Source: Longimicrobiales bacterium
GTDB taxonomy: Bacteria; Gemmatimonadota; Gemmatimonadetes; Longimicrobiales; Gaopeijiaceae
NCBI GenBank assembly: GCA_041690395.1
Contig: JAWLHJ010000005.1
Location: 128,001 to 192,000 of the forward strand
Length of the DNA: 64,000 bases
Direction: 5' to 3'
Below, in pieces: positions 19,065 to 28,159 of this stretch. The first letter of the stretch is position 1; every line of letters starts with the position of its first letter. The notes beneath the pieces are model-generated. The model searched no databases. It was not told where the DNA came from and was given only the letters and a program-made list of their open reading frames with translations. Position numbers and translations under genes: made by a program.

Positions 19065-20312
19065 TCAGGCCGCCGCATCCTGGTGGCTCCGCATCCGGTC
19101 CGCGGCCCAACCCAGGGCTTCGAGGTAGGTATCCGAAAGGATCTCTCCTGATCCTCCCAGCGTCTGAAGATCCCTGATCGCCCGGTCCCAGTCGGCCTCG
19201 GCGTAGGCCTCGACCGCCTTGAGGATGATGCCTCCGGGACCCGCTCGCTCGAGCAGGGCTCCCCGCACCTCGGAAGACACGTCCACCTCCTCGAGGAGCT
19301 GTCCCAGGGTCGTGTTCAGCAGCTGATCCGCCTGTGAGAAGAGGCCGACCAGGAAGAGGGCCCCGCCCGCCGGGACGTCTCTCGTTCTGGCCGTGCGAAT
19401 CTGGTCTCCGAGCACTTCGCACATCCGAGCGCGAAGGAGGGCGTCCTTGATGAGCTCCATCCGCATGCCGTCGCCATCCTCGGACGTCATCAGCAGGAGC
19501 GTCAGCCAGCGGTAGAGGGGCTCTCGACCGAGGAGACGCATCGCGTGACCGATGGAGTCGACGCCTCGCCCACCCAGGGACGCCGAGTTGACGATACGTA
19601 GCAGCTTGTACGTCAGCGCCGGATCGACCCTGAACGCCTCCTCGAGCTGGCGGTCTCCCGCGTTCGGGTCCTGCACCAGGTTCATGAGGCGGATGATCGC
19701 CACCGACTGGGCCTTGAGGTCACTCCGGGAGAGCGTCTCAGGAGCCACGTAGTGGAACCCCTGGAAGAGCTCGAATCCGAGAGATACGCAGGTCTCGTGC
19801 ATGTCCTGGTTCTCGACCTTCTCTGCCAGCATCCGGATGCCGCGTGAGCGGAGCTGTTCGGCGACCGTGGCGAGTGAAAGGCCGGCTCGCTGGACGTCGA
19901 CCTTGACGATGCTCGCGACGTCGACCATCGGCTCCAGCTCCGTGCGGTGGACGAAGTCGTCCAGGGCGATGGTGTAACCCGCCGCCGCGAGGGACCGGAG
20001 CTTGTCGACCACGGCGGGACTGGGCTCGACATCCTCCAGCACTTCGATCACCACTCGACCCGGATCCAGAAGCTCCGGAGCTCCGCCGAGCAACATGTCC
20101 GTCGAGAAGTTGATGAAGGCCTTCTGACCTTCGGTCAGTAGGTCCAGGCCCAACCCGAGCACCGCGTCGACGATGACGGTGGATGACATGGTCGACGCGG
20201 AAGCGTTGCCCGCGGTACCGACGTCGAGATTTGCACGATAGAGCAGCTCGTGACCGACGACGCTATTGTCGGCGTCGAAGATCGGCTGCCTCGCCACGAA
20301 GACGTCCCTCAC
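19065..20312 (-). CDS. EAL-HDOD c-di-GMP phosphodiesterase (YuxH/PdeH-like)
   Basis: ARQPIFD..ELLYR, INF, EVLE, LDDF, KVD, AEKVE, FQG; HDOD DPALTYKLLRIVNS. Confidence 0.9.
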   Translation of the reverse strand: MRDVFVARQPIFDADNSVVGHELLYRANLDVGTAGNASASTMSSTVIVDAVLGLGLDLLTEGQKAFINFSTDMLLGGAPELLDPGRVVIEVLEDVEPSPAVVDKLRSLAAAGYTIALDDFVHRTELEPMVDVASIVKVDVQRAGLSLATVAEQLRSRGIRMLAEKVENQDMHETCVSLGFELFQGFHYVAPETLSRSDLKAQSVAIIRLMNLVQDPNAGDRQLEEAFRVDPALTYKLLRIVNSASLGGRGVDSIGHAMRLLGREPLYRWLTLLLMTSEDGDGMRMELIKDALLRARMCEVLGDQIRTARTRDVPAGGALFLVGLFSQADQLLNTTLGQLLEEVDVSSEVRGALLERAGPGGIILKAVEAYAEADWDRAIRDLQTLGGSGEILSDTYLEALGWAADRMRSHQDAAA

Positions 20313-20724
20313 TGTGCTCCCTCCTCTGGGTGGAGGGGCCCGCCATGGCCTCGGTCCGCTCCCCCTCCACAAGGGGGATTACGTCCGGGTACTCGAACGG
20401 CTTCTGCAGGCGAAGCACGCTGGGCCCCATCTGTGGCCCAGTATCGGTCGCCAGACCTCCGGTCATGAGGACGACCGGTCCATGGAAGTCGGCGTCCTGA
20501 ACGAGGTGCTGAGCGACGCGGAGTCCCCCTCCCGGCATGCCGATGTCGAGCACGGCGGCGTCGATCGCGTATTTGTCGAGCACCTCGAGTGCCTCGAACG
20601 CGTTCGTCGTGGGGAAGACCTGATGTCCCCTCACTTCGAGGACTCTCGCCAAAGCGAGCACGATGAGCGGCTCATCGTCAGCCAGGAGGATCCGAAGTCG
20701 GTCGGTGGCCTGTGCTTCGTTCAT
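20263..20724 (-). CDS. Single-domain response regulator
   Basis: ILLADDEP, LDIGMPG, LMTG, QKPF. Confidence 0.85.
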   Translation of the reverse strand: MNEAQATDRLRILLADDEPLIVLALARVLEVRGHQVFPTTNAFEALEVLDKYAIDAAVLDIGMPGGGLRVAQHLVQDADFHGPVVLMTGGLATDTGPQMGPSVLRLQKPFEYPDVIPLVEGERTEAMAGPSTQRREHSEGRLRGEAADLRRRQ

Positions 20725-20879
20725 TTGTGGACCAAGATGGCTCGAGCCTTTCACGTCGGAAGGGGACGGCCGTAACCGGAGGGTCACATCCACGCCCCGT
20801 CGGATACGAGAACGAGGCGCACCATCTATAAGGGTGCCCGCGAGGAGAGCACAAGTCTCCGCTCCCGACAACGCGCCAC

Positions 20880-20906
20880 TAAACCTTCGACGTGGACGGG
20901 CGATAC
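20880..20906 (+). promoter_or_regulatory. Sigma-28 promoter of fliC
   Basis: TAAA-N15-GGCGATAC against the consensus TAAA-N15-GCCGATAA. Confidence 0.8.
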
Positions 20907-20963
20907 TCTGAACCGACGGCCGAGCAGGGGTCGGTCGCGAGATGCGGGGCGAGGGCCCCGAGA

Positions 20964-21006
20964 GGAGCAAGGACGCTCCGAACACACTTTCCAAGGAAGG
21001 AAGGAG
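20964..21006 (+). promoter_or_regulatory. Putative CsrA-binding sites in the fliC leader
   Basis: Hairpin GGAGC-AAGGAC-GCTCC with GGA in the loop, plus tandem AAGGAAGGAAGGAG over the SD. Confidence 0.65.
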
Positions 21007-21012
21007 AACCCC

Positions 21013-22476
21013 ATGCGCATCAACACCAACGTTCCGGCGATGAACACGCTCCGCCAGCTCGGGCAGAGCAGCAAGATGTTCTCGCAGTCGGTGGGCCGGC
21101 TCTCGTCCGGCTTCCGGATCAACCGTGCGGCCGACGACGCCGCCGGTCTGGGTATCGCCAACACTCTTCGGTCGAACATCCGTGCGACCAGCCAGGCAGC
21201 CCGCAACACGGAGCAGGGCAACTCCGTGCTCCAGGTCATGGAAGGCGGCGCTCAGCAGGTCAGCGGCATTCTCGACCGGATGAAGGAGCTCGCCGCCCAG
21301 GCCGCGTCGGACTCCGTGGATTCCCAGGCCCGCTCCCAGCTGAACAGCGAGTTCGACCAGCTCTCGGCGGAGGTCGACCGGATCGTGACCACCACCAAGT
21401 TCCAGGGTCAGGCGCTCCTCAACGGCAGCTACGGCTCGGCCAGCACTACGGCCAACTCGTTCGACAGCACTGTCACCAACAACCTGGACGACGTGGCCGG
21501 GCTGACGGTGGGCATCAGCAGCGAGTCGACCTTCAACGGACTGACCGCCGGCAACATCACGGCGACCGTCACGCAGATCGACGGCACCATCTCGGCCGAG
21601 TCCGTCGGCACCCAGGCCGGTCTGTCCGGCACGGTGTCGATCTCCGGTCAGCCCGGGTTCAACGCGCTCGAGGAAGGTGTCTACACCGTCACCAAGAGCG
21701 GATCGGACATCCAGCTCGTCGACGGCAACAGCACGGTCATCGAGACCGTCGCGGCAGGCGCGCTGACGAGCGGTGAGGACATCGTCTTCGCCACGTCCGG
21801 CATCACCCTGGCCGGTGACGGGGCCGGCGACATCAACAGCCTGGCCGACGGCTCCCTCGGTACGATCACGGTCGACCAGTCCTTCAGCCTGCAGCTCGCC
21901 GGAGGAGGCGCCACCAGCCAGACGCTGACGCTCGACGCGAGCGGCACGACGCAGACCCTGGACTTCACCAACTTCGGCATCCGGGTCCGGGTCGACGCCG
22001 CCCAGAACGACGTGGCTTTCGACATCGGCGCCAACAACACGCTCGCCGTACAGGGCGACACCGTGAGCCAGGCGCAGTTCCTGGTGAGCGCGTCGGGTGA
22101 CTACACGAGCAACGACCTCGTGCTTCTGGACTCCGTGAACCTCACCGCTTCGACGCTGGGCGTGGACACGGGTTCCATCGACCTGACCACCGCGGTCGGC
22201 GCCCAGTCCGCGTTGACGAGCATCGACGACGCGATCGACACGCTGTCCGACACGTTCTCCGCCATCGGTGCGGCTCAGAACCGATTCGAGTTCGCGTTCG
22301 CGAACGCGCAGTCCATGGTCGAGAACCTTTCGGCCGCGGAGTCGGTCATCCGCGACGTGGACATGGCTGCCGAGGTCGCGCAGATGACGAAGTTCCAGAT
22401 CCTGCAGCAGGCCGGTACCGCGATGCTGGCCCAGGCCAACTCGGCCCCGCAGGGCGTGTTGTCCCTTCTGAGGTAA
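21013..22476 (+). CDS. fliC: Flagellin
   Basis: MRINTN, LSSGFRINRAADDAAGL, IGAAQNRFE, QQAGTAMLAQAN..PQGVLSLLR. Confidence 0.98.
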   Translation: MRINTNVPAMNTLRQLGQSSKMFSQSVGRLSSGFRINRAADDAAGLGIANTLRSNIRATSQAARNTEQGNSVLQVMEGGAQQVSGILDRMKELAAQAASDSVDSQARSQLNSEFDQLSAEVDRIVTTTKFQGQALLNGSYGSASTTANSFDSTVTNNLDDVAGLTVGISSESTFNGLTAGNITATVTQIDGTISAESVGTQAGLSGTVSISGQPGFNALEEGVYTVTKSGSDIQLVDGNSTVIETVAAGALTSGEDIVFATSGITLAGDGAGDINSLADGSLGTITVDQSFSLQLAGGGATSQTLTLDASGTTQTLDFTNFGIRVRVDAAQNDVAFDIGANNTLAVQGDTVSQAQFLVSASGDYTSNDLVLLDSVNLTASTLGVDTGSIDLTTAVGAQSALTSIDDAIDTLSDTFSAIGAAQNRFEFAFANAQSMVENLSAAESVIRDVDMAAEVAQMTKFQILQQAGTAMLAQANSAPQGVLSLLR

Positions 22477-22503
22477 TCGACTCGGGAGGCCAGCGGATCA
22501 GGA

Positions 22504-22536
22504 CTCCCGGGGGTCGTTCGACCCCCGGGAGCTTTC
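22504..22536 (+). terminator. Hairpin after fliC, putative intrinsic terminator
   Basis: CTCCCGGGGGTCG / CGACCCCCGGGAG inverted repeat followed by CTTTC. Confidence 0.65.
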
Positions 22537-22659
22537 GTCGACATGGGTGGGGAGCCTTCGTCGGACTCGAGCTGGCGGAGGGTCGGCCGGGACTCCACCG
22601 ATGAGGCGTCCGTCCCACCGGGTGCGGGGCGGGAACAGCAAGCAAGGAGGGGGACACAT

Positions 22660-25600
22660 ATGGAGGCCATCGCTTCGGTTCAGGGGCTTGCGACCGGAAT
22701 CGATTTTCGGGATCTCGTCGACCAGATCGTGGCTGCGGAGTCCCGGCCCGTCCAGGTGATGGAGAGCCGAAAGCTGACGCTCGACGCGAGAGAGGCCGCC
22801 TGGACGGACTTCCAGCGGCGCATCCGCACCTTGGACGACCGCGCCGACGCCCTCGGTCGCGGCACCGTATTCGATGCCTTCCGCACGAGCGTGGCCGGCG
22901 GTTCCGAAGCGCTCTCCGCGTCGGCCCGGTCCGGTGCGTCACCCGGCACGTACAACGTGGACGTTCTGCAGGTCGCCACGAGGGAGAAGGTCGGGAGTGA
23001 CGTGTTCGGCTCTCTCGACGAGGCCCTCGGCTTTTCCGGAACTTTCGTCGTCGGTGGACGAGGGGTGGAGATCTCGGCGGAAGATACCCTGCGGGATGTC
23101 GCCGGCGCGATCAACGCGGTCAACGCCGGGGCCTCCGCTTCGCGCGTGACGGCGTCACTCGTGGGGTCGGCGGACGCCGGTTACCGCATCGTGCTCACGG
23201 CGGACGCATCGGGAGAGACGGGGGTACGGCTCGCGGACGGTTCGTCCGGGGTGCTGCGGTCCCTGGGCTATCTCGACGGCGGCATGTCCATACGGCATCA
23301 GACGTCCGACGGCGCGACCAGCGACGCGTTCGCTTCGTCCACGGCCGCTGTCGGGAGCCAGATCGGCCTGGCTTCGCCGCCGGCCGGCACGGTGGGGGTT
23401 GGTTCCCTGAGCGTGGCCCTCGACCTGGCCAGCAACGGCCTGGAAGACATCGCCGATGCCATCAACGCTGCTGCGGCGAGCGCGGGAAGTCCCATCGAGG
23501 CCCGGATCGTCTCGGAGACGGGGCTCGACGGGAGGACCGGCCGGCGTCTGGATGTAAGTGGCACCACATCCTTCACGGATGCGAACGGGGTTCTGGAGAC
23601 CCTGGGAATTCTGGAGTCCGGCCGGTCGGCGGTGGCCCAGCAGCTCAGCGGTGCCACCTTCACCGACGGAGACGGGGTGACTCCGGCGACGGCAGGCACC
23701 TTGATCACCGACTTGTGGCAGGACGGCGCCAGCGCCGGCGTCCAGGTCGGGGATACGCTGTCGATCAGTGGGATGCGCGGCGACGGTACGACGTTCGCGC
23801 TCTCCTTCGAGGTAGGCGCCACCAGCACCTATCAGGATCTGGTCGACGCGCTCAACTCCGAGACCGACGCGCTCGGCGTGGGCCCGCGCACCGCGACTGC
23901 GGCCCTGGCCGACGGCGCCATCGTCGTCACCGACGACGTTGGTGGGTACAGTCGACTCGCATTGACGGTCGTTTCCAACAACGAAGGTGGCGGCAGACTC
24001 GATTTCGGAGCCTTCGCCGTCACGACGACGGGGCGAGCCCGTGAGATCACCGCCGGCCGGGACGCCCAGGTGCAGGTCGACGGTGTCTTCCACAGCCGAT
24101 CGTCCAACACAGTCGACGACGTCATTCCCGGAGTGACCCTCTCGCTGACCCAGACCTCGGAGAGCTCGACCGTGGTGAGCGTAGAGCGGGACGTGGATGC
24201 CATCGTGTCCGAGATCGAGGCACTGTTCGAAGCCATGGACGGCATCTCCGAGTTCGTGTCGAGACAGTTTTCGGGTGCGGGAGCGACGGAGGGGGGGACG
24301 CGTCCGCCGCTATCCGGCGAGAACCTCATCCGGTCCATGCGCGGGCGGCTGAGGGGCGCCCTGGAATCCGCGTTCGCCGCGACACAGACGCAGTTCCGTA
24401 CGCTCTCGGAGCTCGGCATCGAGATCAACCGGCGGGGTACGTACGACATCGACACGTCGGCGTTGCGAGACGCCGTGGAATCCGATCCCGCCGGCGTGCA
24501 GAGGATCTTCTCCTCGCACGGCGCGGGCAGCGTGTCTTCCCTGCGATACGTGTCGGCCTCGGCCGCCACCGTCCCCGGCACCTACGATGTCGTCATCACG
24601 AATCCGGCAACGCGGGCCGAGGCCACCGGGGCGGGCTTCGCTGGGGCTTACGTGGACGACGGCGTGCCGGACCAGGTGACGATCACGGACACGGGGACGG
24701 GATCGTCCTACTCCGCCGTCCTGGCCGATGGCATGAGCCTCGCGGACATCGTCCAGGCGCTGAACGACGAGCTCGGGACGGCTACGCGCAGGGAACTCCA
24801 CGCCACGTCGATCCTACGGGCGGACGGGGCCGGGACGGAGGCCGCCGAACCCACGGCGCTCGCGGACCTTCACGACGAAGCCGGTACGAACCTCGGCGTC
24901 GCGGACGGTGACGTGCTGACCATCGCGGGCACGCGCACGGACGGGACCAGCTTCTTCCGCGAGTGGACGGTCTCGAGCGCGGCGACGCAGACGCTCGGGG
25001 ATCTTCGTGCCCAGATCTCCGCGGCCGTCGGCTCCGACGTCGAGATCGACATCGCGGATGGCATGCTGACGGCCATGGCAGCCGAACCGGGACGGAGTGC
25101 TTTCACGCTCTCCGTCTCCTCGGACAATGCCGGCGGAGGAACCCTTGCGCTCGGGGCGTTCGACGTAGCGGTCGAGGGGCGCGGCGCGTCGACGATCGTC
25201 GCGGCGGACGTGGACGGTCAGCTGTCCTTGCGTCACGAAGACTACGGTGCCTCGGAGGGCTTCGACATCACGTACACGCCCGGTGGAACGGATGGTACCG
25301 GGGCGCTCGGGCTCGCCGCCGGAGCGTATGCCGGGAGCGACGTCTCGGGGACCATCGGTGGTCAAGCGGCCACGGGAGTGGGCCAAGTCCTGACGGGGGG
25401 TGAAGGCTCTCCGGCGGAAGGGCTGGCGGTGACGTTCCGTGGGTCCGGAGACGGGGCCGTGGGATCGGTCTCGTACTCTCGAGGCATCGCATCGTCACTG
25501 GAGGGCGTGACCGGCGGCCTCCTCAGCGGCGAGAGCGGGTCGATTCAAGCCATCGTCGAAGGGCTCGATACTCAGAAGCGCCGCATCGACGATCGCATCG

Positions 25601-25746
25601 AGGCGTTCGAGTCACGGCTCGACCTGAGAGCCCAGAATCTGATGAAGCGGTTCAGCGCGCTGGAGGAAGCGATGGCGCAGGCACAGCAACAGGCGGCTTG
25701 GCTACAGGCCCAGCTGGGATCTCTGCTCGGATCACCGAGCGCTTGA
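22660..25746 (+). CDS. fliD: Filament cap protein FliD, very large (~1028 aa)
   Basis: GLATGIDFRDLVDQIVAAE N-terminus; SNTVDDVIPGVTLSL; LSELGI; C-terminal RFSALEEAMAQ; AGGAGG SD. Confidence 0.93.
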   Translation: MEAIASVQGLATGIDFRDLVDQIVAAESRPVQVMESRKLTLDAREAAWTDFQRRIRTLDDRADALGRGTVFDAFRTSVAGGSEALSASARSGASPGTYNVDVLQVATREKVGSDVFGSLDEALGFSGTFVVGGRGVEISAEDTLRDVAGAINAVNAGASASRVTASLVGSADAGYRIVLTADASGETGVRLADGSSGVLRSLGYLDGGMSIRHQTSDGATSDAFASSTAAVGSQIGLASPPAGTVGVGSLSVALDLASNGLEDIADAINAAAASAGSPIEARIVSETGLDGRTGRRLDVSGTTSFTDANGVLETLGILESGRSAVAQQLSGATFTDGDGVTPATAGTLITDLWQDGASAGVQVGDTLSISGMRGDGTTFALSFEVGATSTYQDLVDALNSETDALGVGPRTATAALADGAIVVTDDVGGYSRLALTVVSNNEGGGRLDFGAFAVTTTGRAREITAGRDAQVQVDGVFHSRSSNTVDDVIPGVTLSLTQTSESSTVVSVERDVDAIVSEIEALFEAMDGISEFVSRQFSGAGATEGGTRPPLSGENLIRSMRGRLRGALESAFAATQTQFRTLSELGIEINRRGTYDIDTSALRDAVESDPAGVQRIFSSHGAGSVSSLRYVSASAATVPGTYDVVITNPATRAEATGAGFAGAYVDDGVPDQVTITDTGTGSSYSAVLADGMSLADIVQALNDELGTATRRELHATSILRADGAGTEAAEPTALADLHDEAGTNLGVADGDVLTIAGTRTDGTSFFREWTVSSAATQTLGDLRAQISAAVGSDVEIDIADGMLTAMAAEPGRSAFTLSVSSDNAGGGTLALGAFDVAVEGRGASTIVAADVDGQLSLRHEDYGASEGFDITYTPGGTDGTGALGLAAGAYAGSDVSGTIGGQAATGVGQVLTGGEGSPAEGLAVTFRGSGDGAVGSVSYSRGIASSLEGVTGGLLSGESGSIQAIVEGLDTQKRRIDDRIEAFESRLDLRAQNLMKRFSALEEAMAQAQQQAAWLQAQLGSLLGSPSA

Positions 25747-25759
25747 GGACGGACGACCA

Positions 25760-26191
25760 ATGAACGGGGCGAACATGCACGGCTACGGCACCACGATGGC
25801 TTACCGACAGACGCAGATCCTGAGTTCCTCTCGGGAACGCCTCGTGCCGACCCTGTACGAGCATCTTCTGGTTCGCCTGAAGCGGGGAGCGTTACAGATC
25901 CGGGAGCGGGACATCGAGGGCAAGTTCGCGACCTTGACCCAGGCACAGGACATTCTGACCGAGCTGCTGTCGTCGCTGGACTTCGACGCCGGTGGAGAGC
26001 TCGCGAGCAGGCTGGCCTCGCTCTATGCCTACTGGATGAAGGAAGTGCTCCAGGCGGGTCGCGATCTCGACGCGCCTCGCCTGGAGCAAGTGGCGCGGAT
26101 GGTGGAATCCCTCCATGAGGCTTGGGACGAAGCGACACGCTCGCTGGAGGGTCCAGGCGCCTCGCCTGGCCCGACGCGCGAGGACGCATGA
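25760..26191 (+). CDS. fliS: Flagellin chaperone FliS
   Basis: AYRQTQILSSSRERLV.LYE, SLDFDAGGELASRLASLY, LHEAW. Confidence 0.93.
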   Translation: MNGANMHGYGTTMAYRQTQILSSSRERLVPTLYEHLLVRLKRGALQIRERDIEGKFATLTQAQDILTELLSSLDFDAGGELASRLASLYAYWMKEVLQAGRDLDAPRLEQVARMVESLHEAWDEATRSLEGPGASPGPTREDA

Positions 26192-26613
26192 CGGCCCGTG
26201 AAGCTCGCGGGCGCGCTCCTCCCGGGGTCGCCGTCTCGCACGAGCGCTTGAGCCAGTACCGTCGGTACGCCGAGCTGGTATCCGCTCAGGAGTCCGCCCT
26301 CGATCATGGAGACCTCGAGCAGGTCCGGAAGCTCGCGGACGAGCTCTCCGCCCTCGAGGGCCGGATCGGCTCGCCCATCCCTGGAGAGCGCGCCATCGCC
26401 GAGGGCGGCGAGGACGCTGAGCATGCGGCGGAGCTTCTACGGGACGCCCTCGACAGGACAAGGGAGATGGCATCTCGCCTGCGAGCCATGAAGGAAGCCG
26501 AAGGCGCCGAGGTCCGGCGCACGCTGACGAGGCGACCCCAGGCGAGGGCGTACGTCACCCGGGACGCCGAGATCGAGCCGGCGCGTTCGTCACGCCTGGA
26601 CGTGAAATCGTAG
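26188..26613 (+). CDS. Hypothetical helical protein (FliT position)
   Basis: ATGA overlap with fliS; helical composition. Confidence 0.6.
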   Translation: MTAREARGRAPPGVAVSHERLSQYRRYAELVSAQESALDHGDLEQVRKLADELSALEGRIGSPIPGERAIAEGGEDAEHAAELLRDALDRTREMASRLRAMKEAEGAEVRRTLTRRPQARAYVTRDAEIEPARSSRLDVKS

Positions 26614-26641
26614 CCCGCACGGATGCGGATGGCCCCCTGGC

Positions 26642-26668
26642 TAAAGTTATTCGGCGTTCGGCCGAAGC
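26642..26668 (+). promoter_or_regulatory. Sigma-28 promoter of flgM-cheY-cheZ
   Basis: TAAA-N15-GCCGAAGC. Confidence 0.7.
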
Positions 26669-26691
26669 TGTGCATAAGGGAGGAATGACTC

Positions 26692-26991
26692 ATGTCGATA
26701 CATAAGATCGGTTCAGACCTCGTACGGCCTCTCGCTCCGCGAGCGGTCGGCGGGGAGGAGCGGAGCAAGGCGCGCCAGGGAGATTCCGGCGACGCGCGTT
26801 CCGCACGCTCGGACGAGGTACAGATATCCGCCGAAGGGCGGGAGCTCGCGGCGCAGGCATCTGCATCCGAGCCATCGCTCTCGCAGGCGCGGATAGACGA
26901 GATCCAGGAGCGGATCTCTCTCGGGCACTACGATGAGCCTGCGGTCGCGGAAACGGTGGCGCGACGTATGCTCGAAGGCGGGGACCTCTAG
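26692..26991 (+). CDS. flgM: Anti-sigma-28 factor FlgM
   Basis: DEVQISAEGREL...RIDEIQERI..GHY...VARRML; 99 aa. Confidence 0.85.
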   Translation: MSIHKIGSDLVRPLAPRAVGGEERSKARQGDSGDARSARSDEVQISAEGRELAAQASASEPSLSQARIDEIQERISLGHYDEPAVAETVARRMLEGGDL

Positions 26992-27041
26992 CTCGGTCCG
27001 ACGGGGCGAGCTGGCTCATTCCGATTTCGGAGGAAGGTGAG

Positions 27042-27419
27042 ATGAAGTTTCTGGTCGTCGACGACTCCGCCACCATGCGCAGGATCGTCGTGAACTCCTT
27101 GAAACGCATCGGCTACGACGAATGCGTCGAGGCCGACGACGGCTCTGCCGGGCTCGCGGCGTTCGATACCTCGGTGGATTTCGTCATCACCGACTGGAAC
27201 ATGCCGAACATGAGCGGACTGGACTTCGTCAAGGCGATTCGCGCTAGGGATGACGGGAAGGCCGTGCCCATCCTGATGGTCACAACGCGAAGCGTGAAGG
27301 AAGACATCGTTCTCGCCGCACAGGCGGGCGTGAACAACTACGTCGTCAAGCCGTTCACGCCCCAGGTGTTGAAGGAAAAGATCGACCAGGCCCTAGGGGC
27401 CGTCGCGGGGAGCGCCTGA
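27042..27419 (+). CDS. cheY: Chemotaxis response regulator CheY
   Basis: MKFLVVDDSATMRRIV, TDWNMPNMSG, AGVNNYVVKPFTP..LKEK. Confidence 0.92.
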   Translation: MKFLVVDDSATMRRIVVNSLKRIGYDECVEADDGSAGLAAFDTSVDFVITDWNMPNMSGLDFVKAIRARDDGKAVPILMVTTRSVKEDIVLAAQAGVNNYVVKPFTPQVLKEKIDQALGAVAGSA

Positions 27420-28159
27420 TGTCGGCACCCGCCGATCGGCCCGGGTTGGCGCTCCACGATTCGGAGGCCACGCTGCGTCAGGTGGAGTCCGCCCTGGACG
27501 AGTTCAGCGGGACCGACGGCCGTCTGAGCTTCGAAGAGATCGTGACGGATCCGGACGGTCCCCCGGCGGGGCTCCACGACCTGGTCAAGCTGCTCATCGG
27601 GACCTACACGGAGATCATGGCCGTCATCGAGAGCCTGCGGCAGAGTCGTGGCCTCCTCGAACAGGCGGCGATGGATCGACTGAAGAGCACCCACGAGAAG
27701 CTCGCCGAGGTATCGTCCGCCACGGAGCTGGCGGCCGCCGGCATCTTGGACGGCCTCGACCGTGCGCTCGGCCTCGTGGACGAGCTCTCGTCGGACGAGG
27801 CCGGCGGCTCGGCCTCGTCCGATGGCTCGGACCCCGGCGCACGGCGCAGCGAGACCGCAGACACGCTGCGCGACGAGCTGCATCAGATCATGAATCTGCT
27901 TCAGTTCCAGGATATCACGTCCCAGCAGCTCGGTTATGCCTCCGGGGTCCTCATGGACATCGAAGAGCGCATGATGAGGCTGGTACGCGTCTTCGACCTC
28001 CAGAAGATGGGGATGGACGAGCTTCGGGGGGTCCTGGAGGAACGAGGTCCGGTGGCGGGACCCCGGACCCAGGATCCGGAGACGTGCGATCCCGACGCGT
28101 CGACACTGGGGGCCGATGAGCGGCAGGCGCTCGCCGACGAGGTCTTCACCTCGTCGTGA
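27419..28159 (+). CDS. CheZ-like phosphatase
   Basis: ATELAA..ILD and LQFQDITSQQL (DxxxQ); C-terminal QALADEVF; TGATG coupling to cheY. Confidence 0.75.
   Translation: MSAPADRPGLALHDSEATLRQVESALDEFSGTDGRLSFEEIVTDPDGPPAGLHDLVKLLIGTYTEIMAVIESLRQSRGLLEQAAMDRLKSTHEKLAEVSSATELAAAGILDGLDRALGLVDELSSDEAGGSASSDGSDPGARRSETADTLRDELHQIMNLLQFQDITSQQLGYASGVLMDIEERMMRLVRVFDLQKMGMDELRGVLEERGPVAGPRTQDPETCDPDASTLGADERQALADEVFTSS

Noticed and set aside
20263..20372. Frameshifted REC-EAL fusion
   Set aside because: The EAL gene has its own GGAGGGAG SD and GTG start; the 50-nt overlap is explained by a REC tail extension
22578..22604. Sigma-28 promoter for fliD (ACCGATGA)
   Set aside because: No matching -35 at the correct spacing
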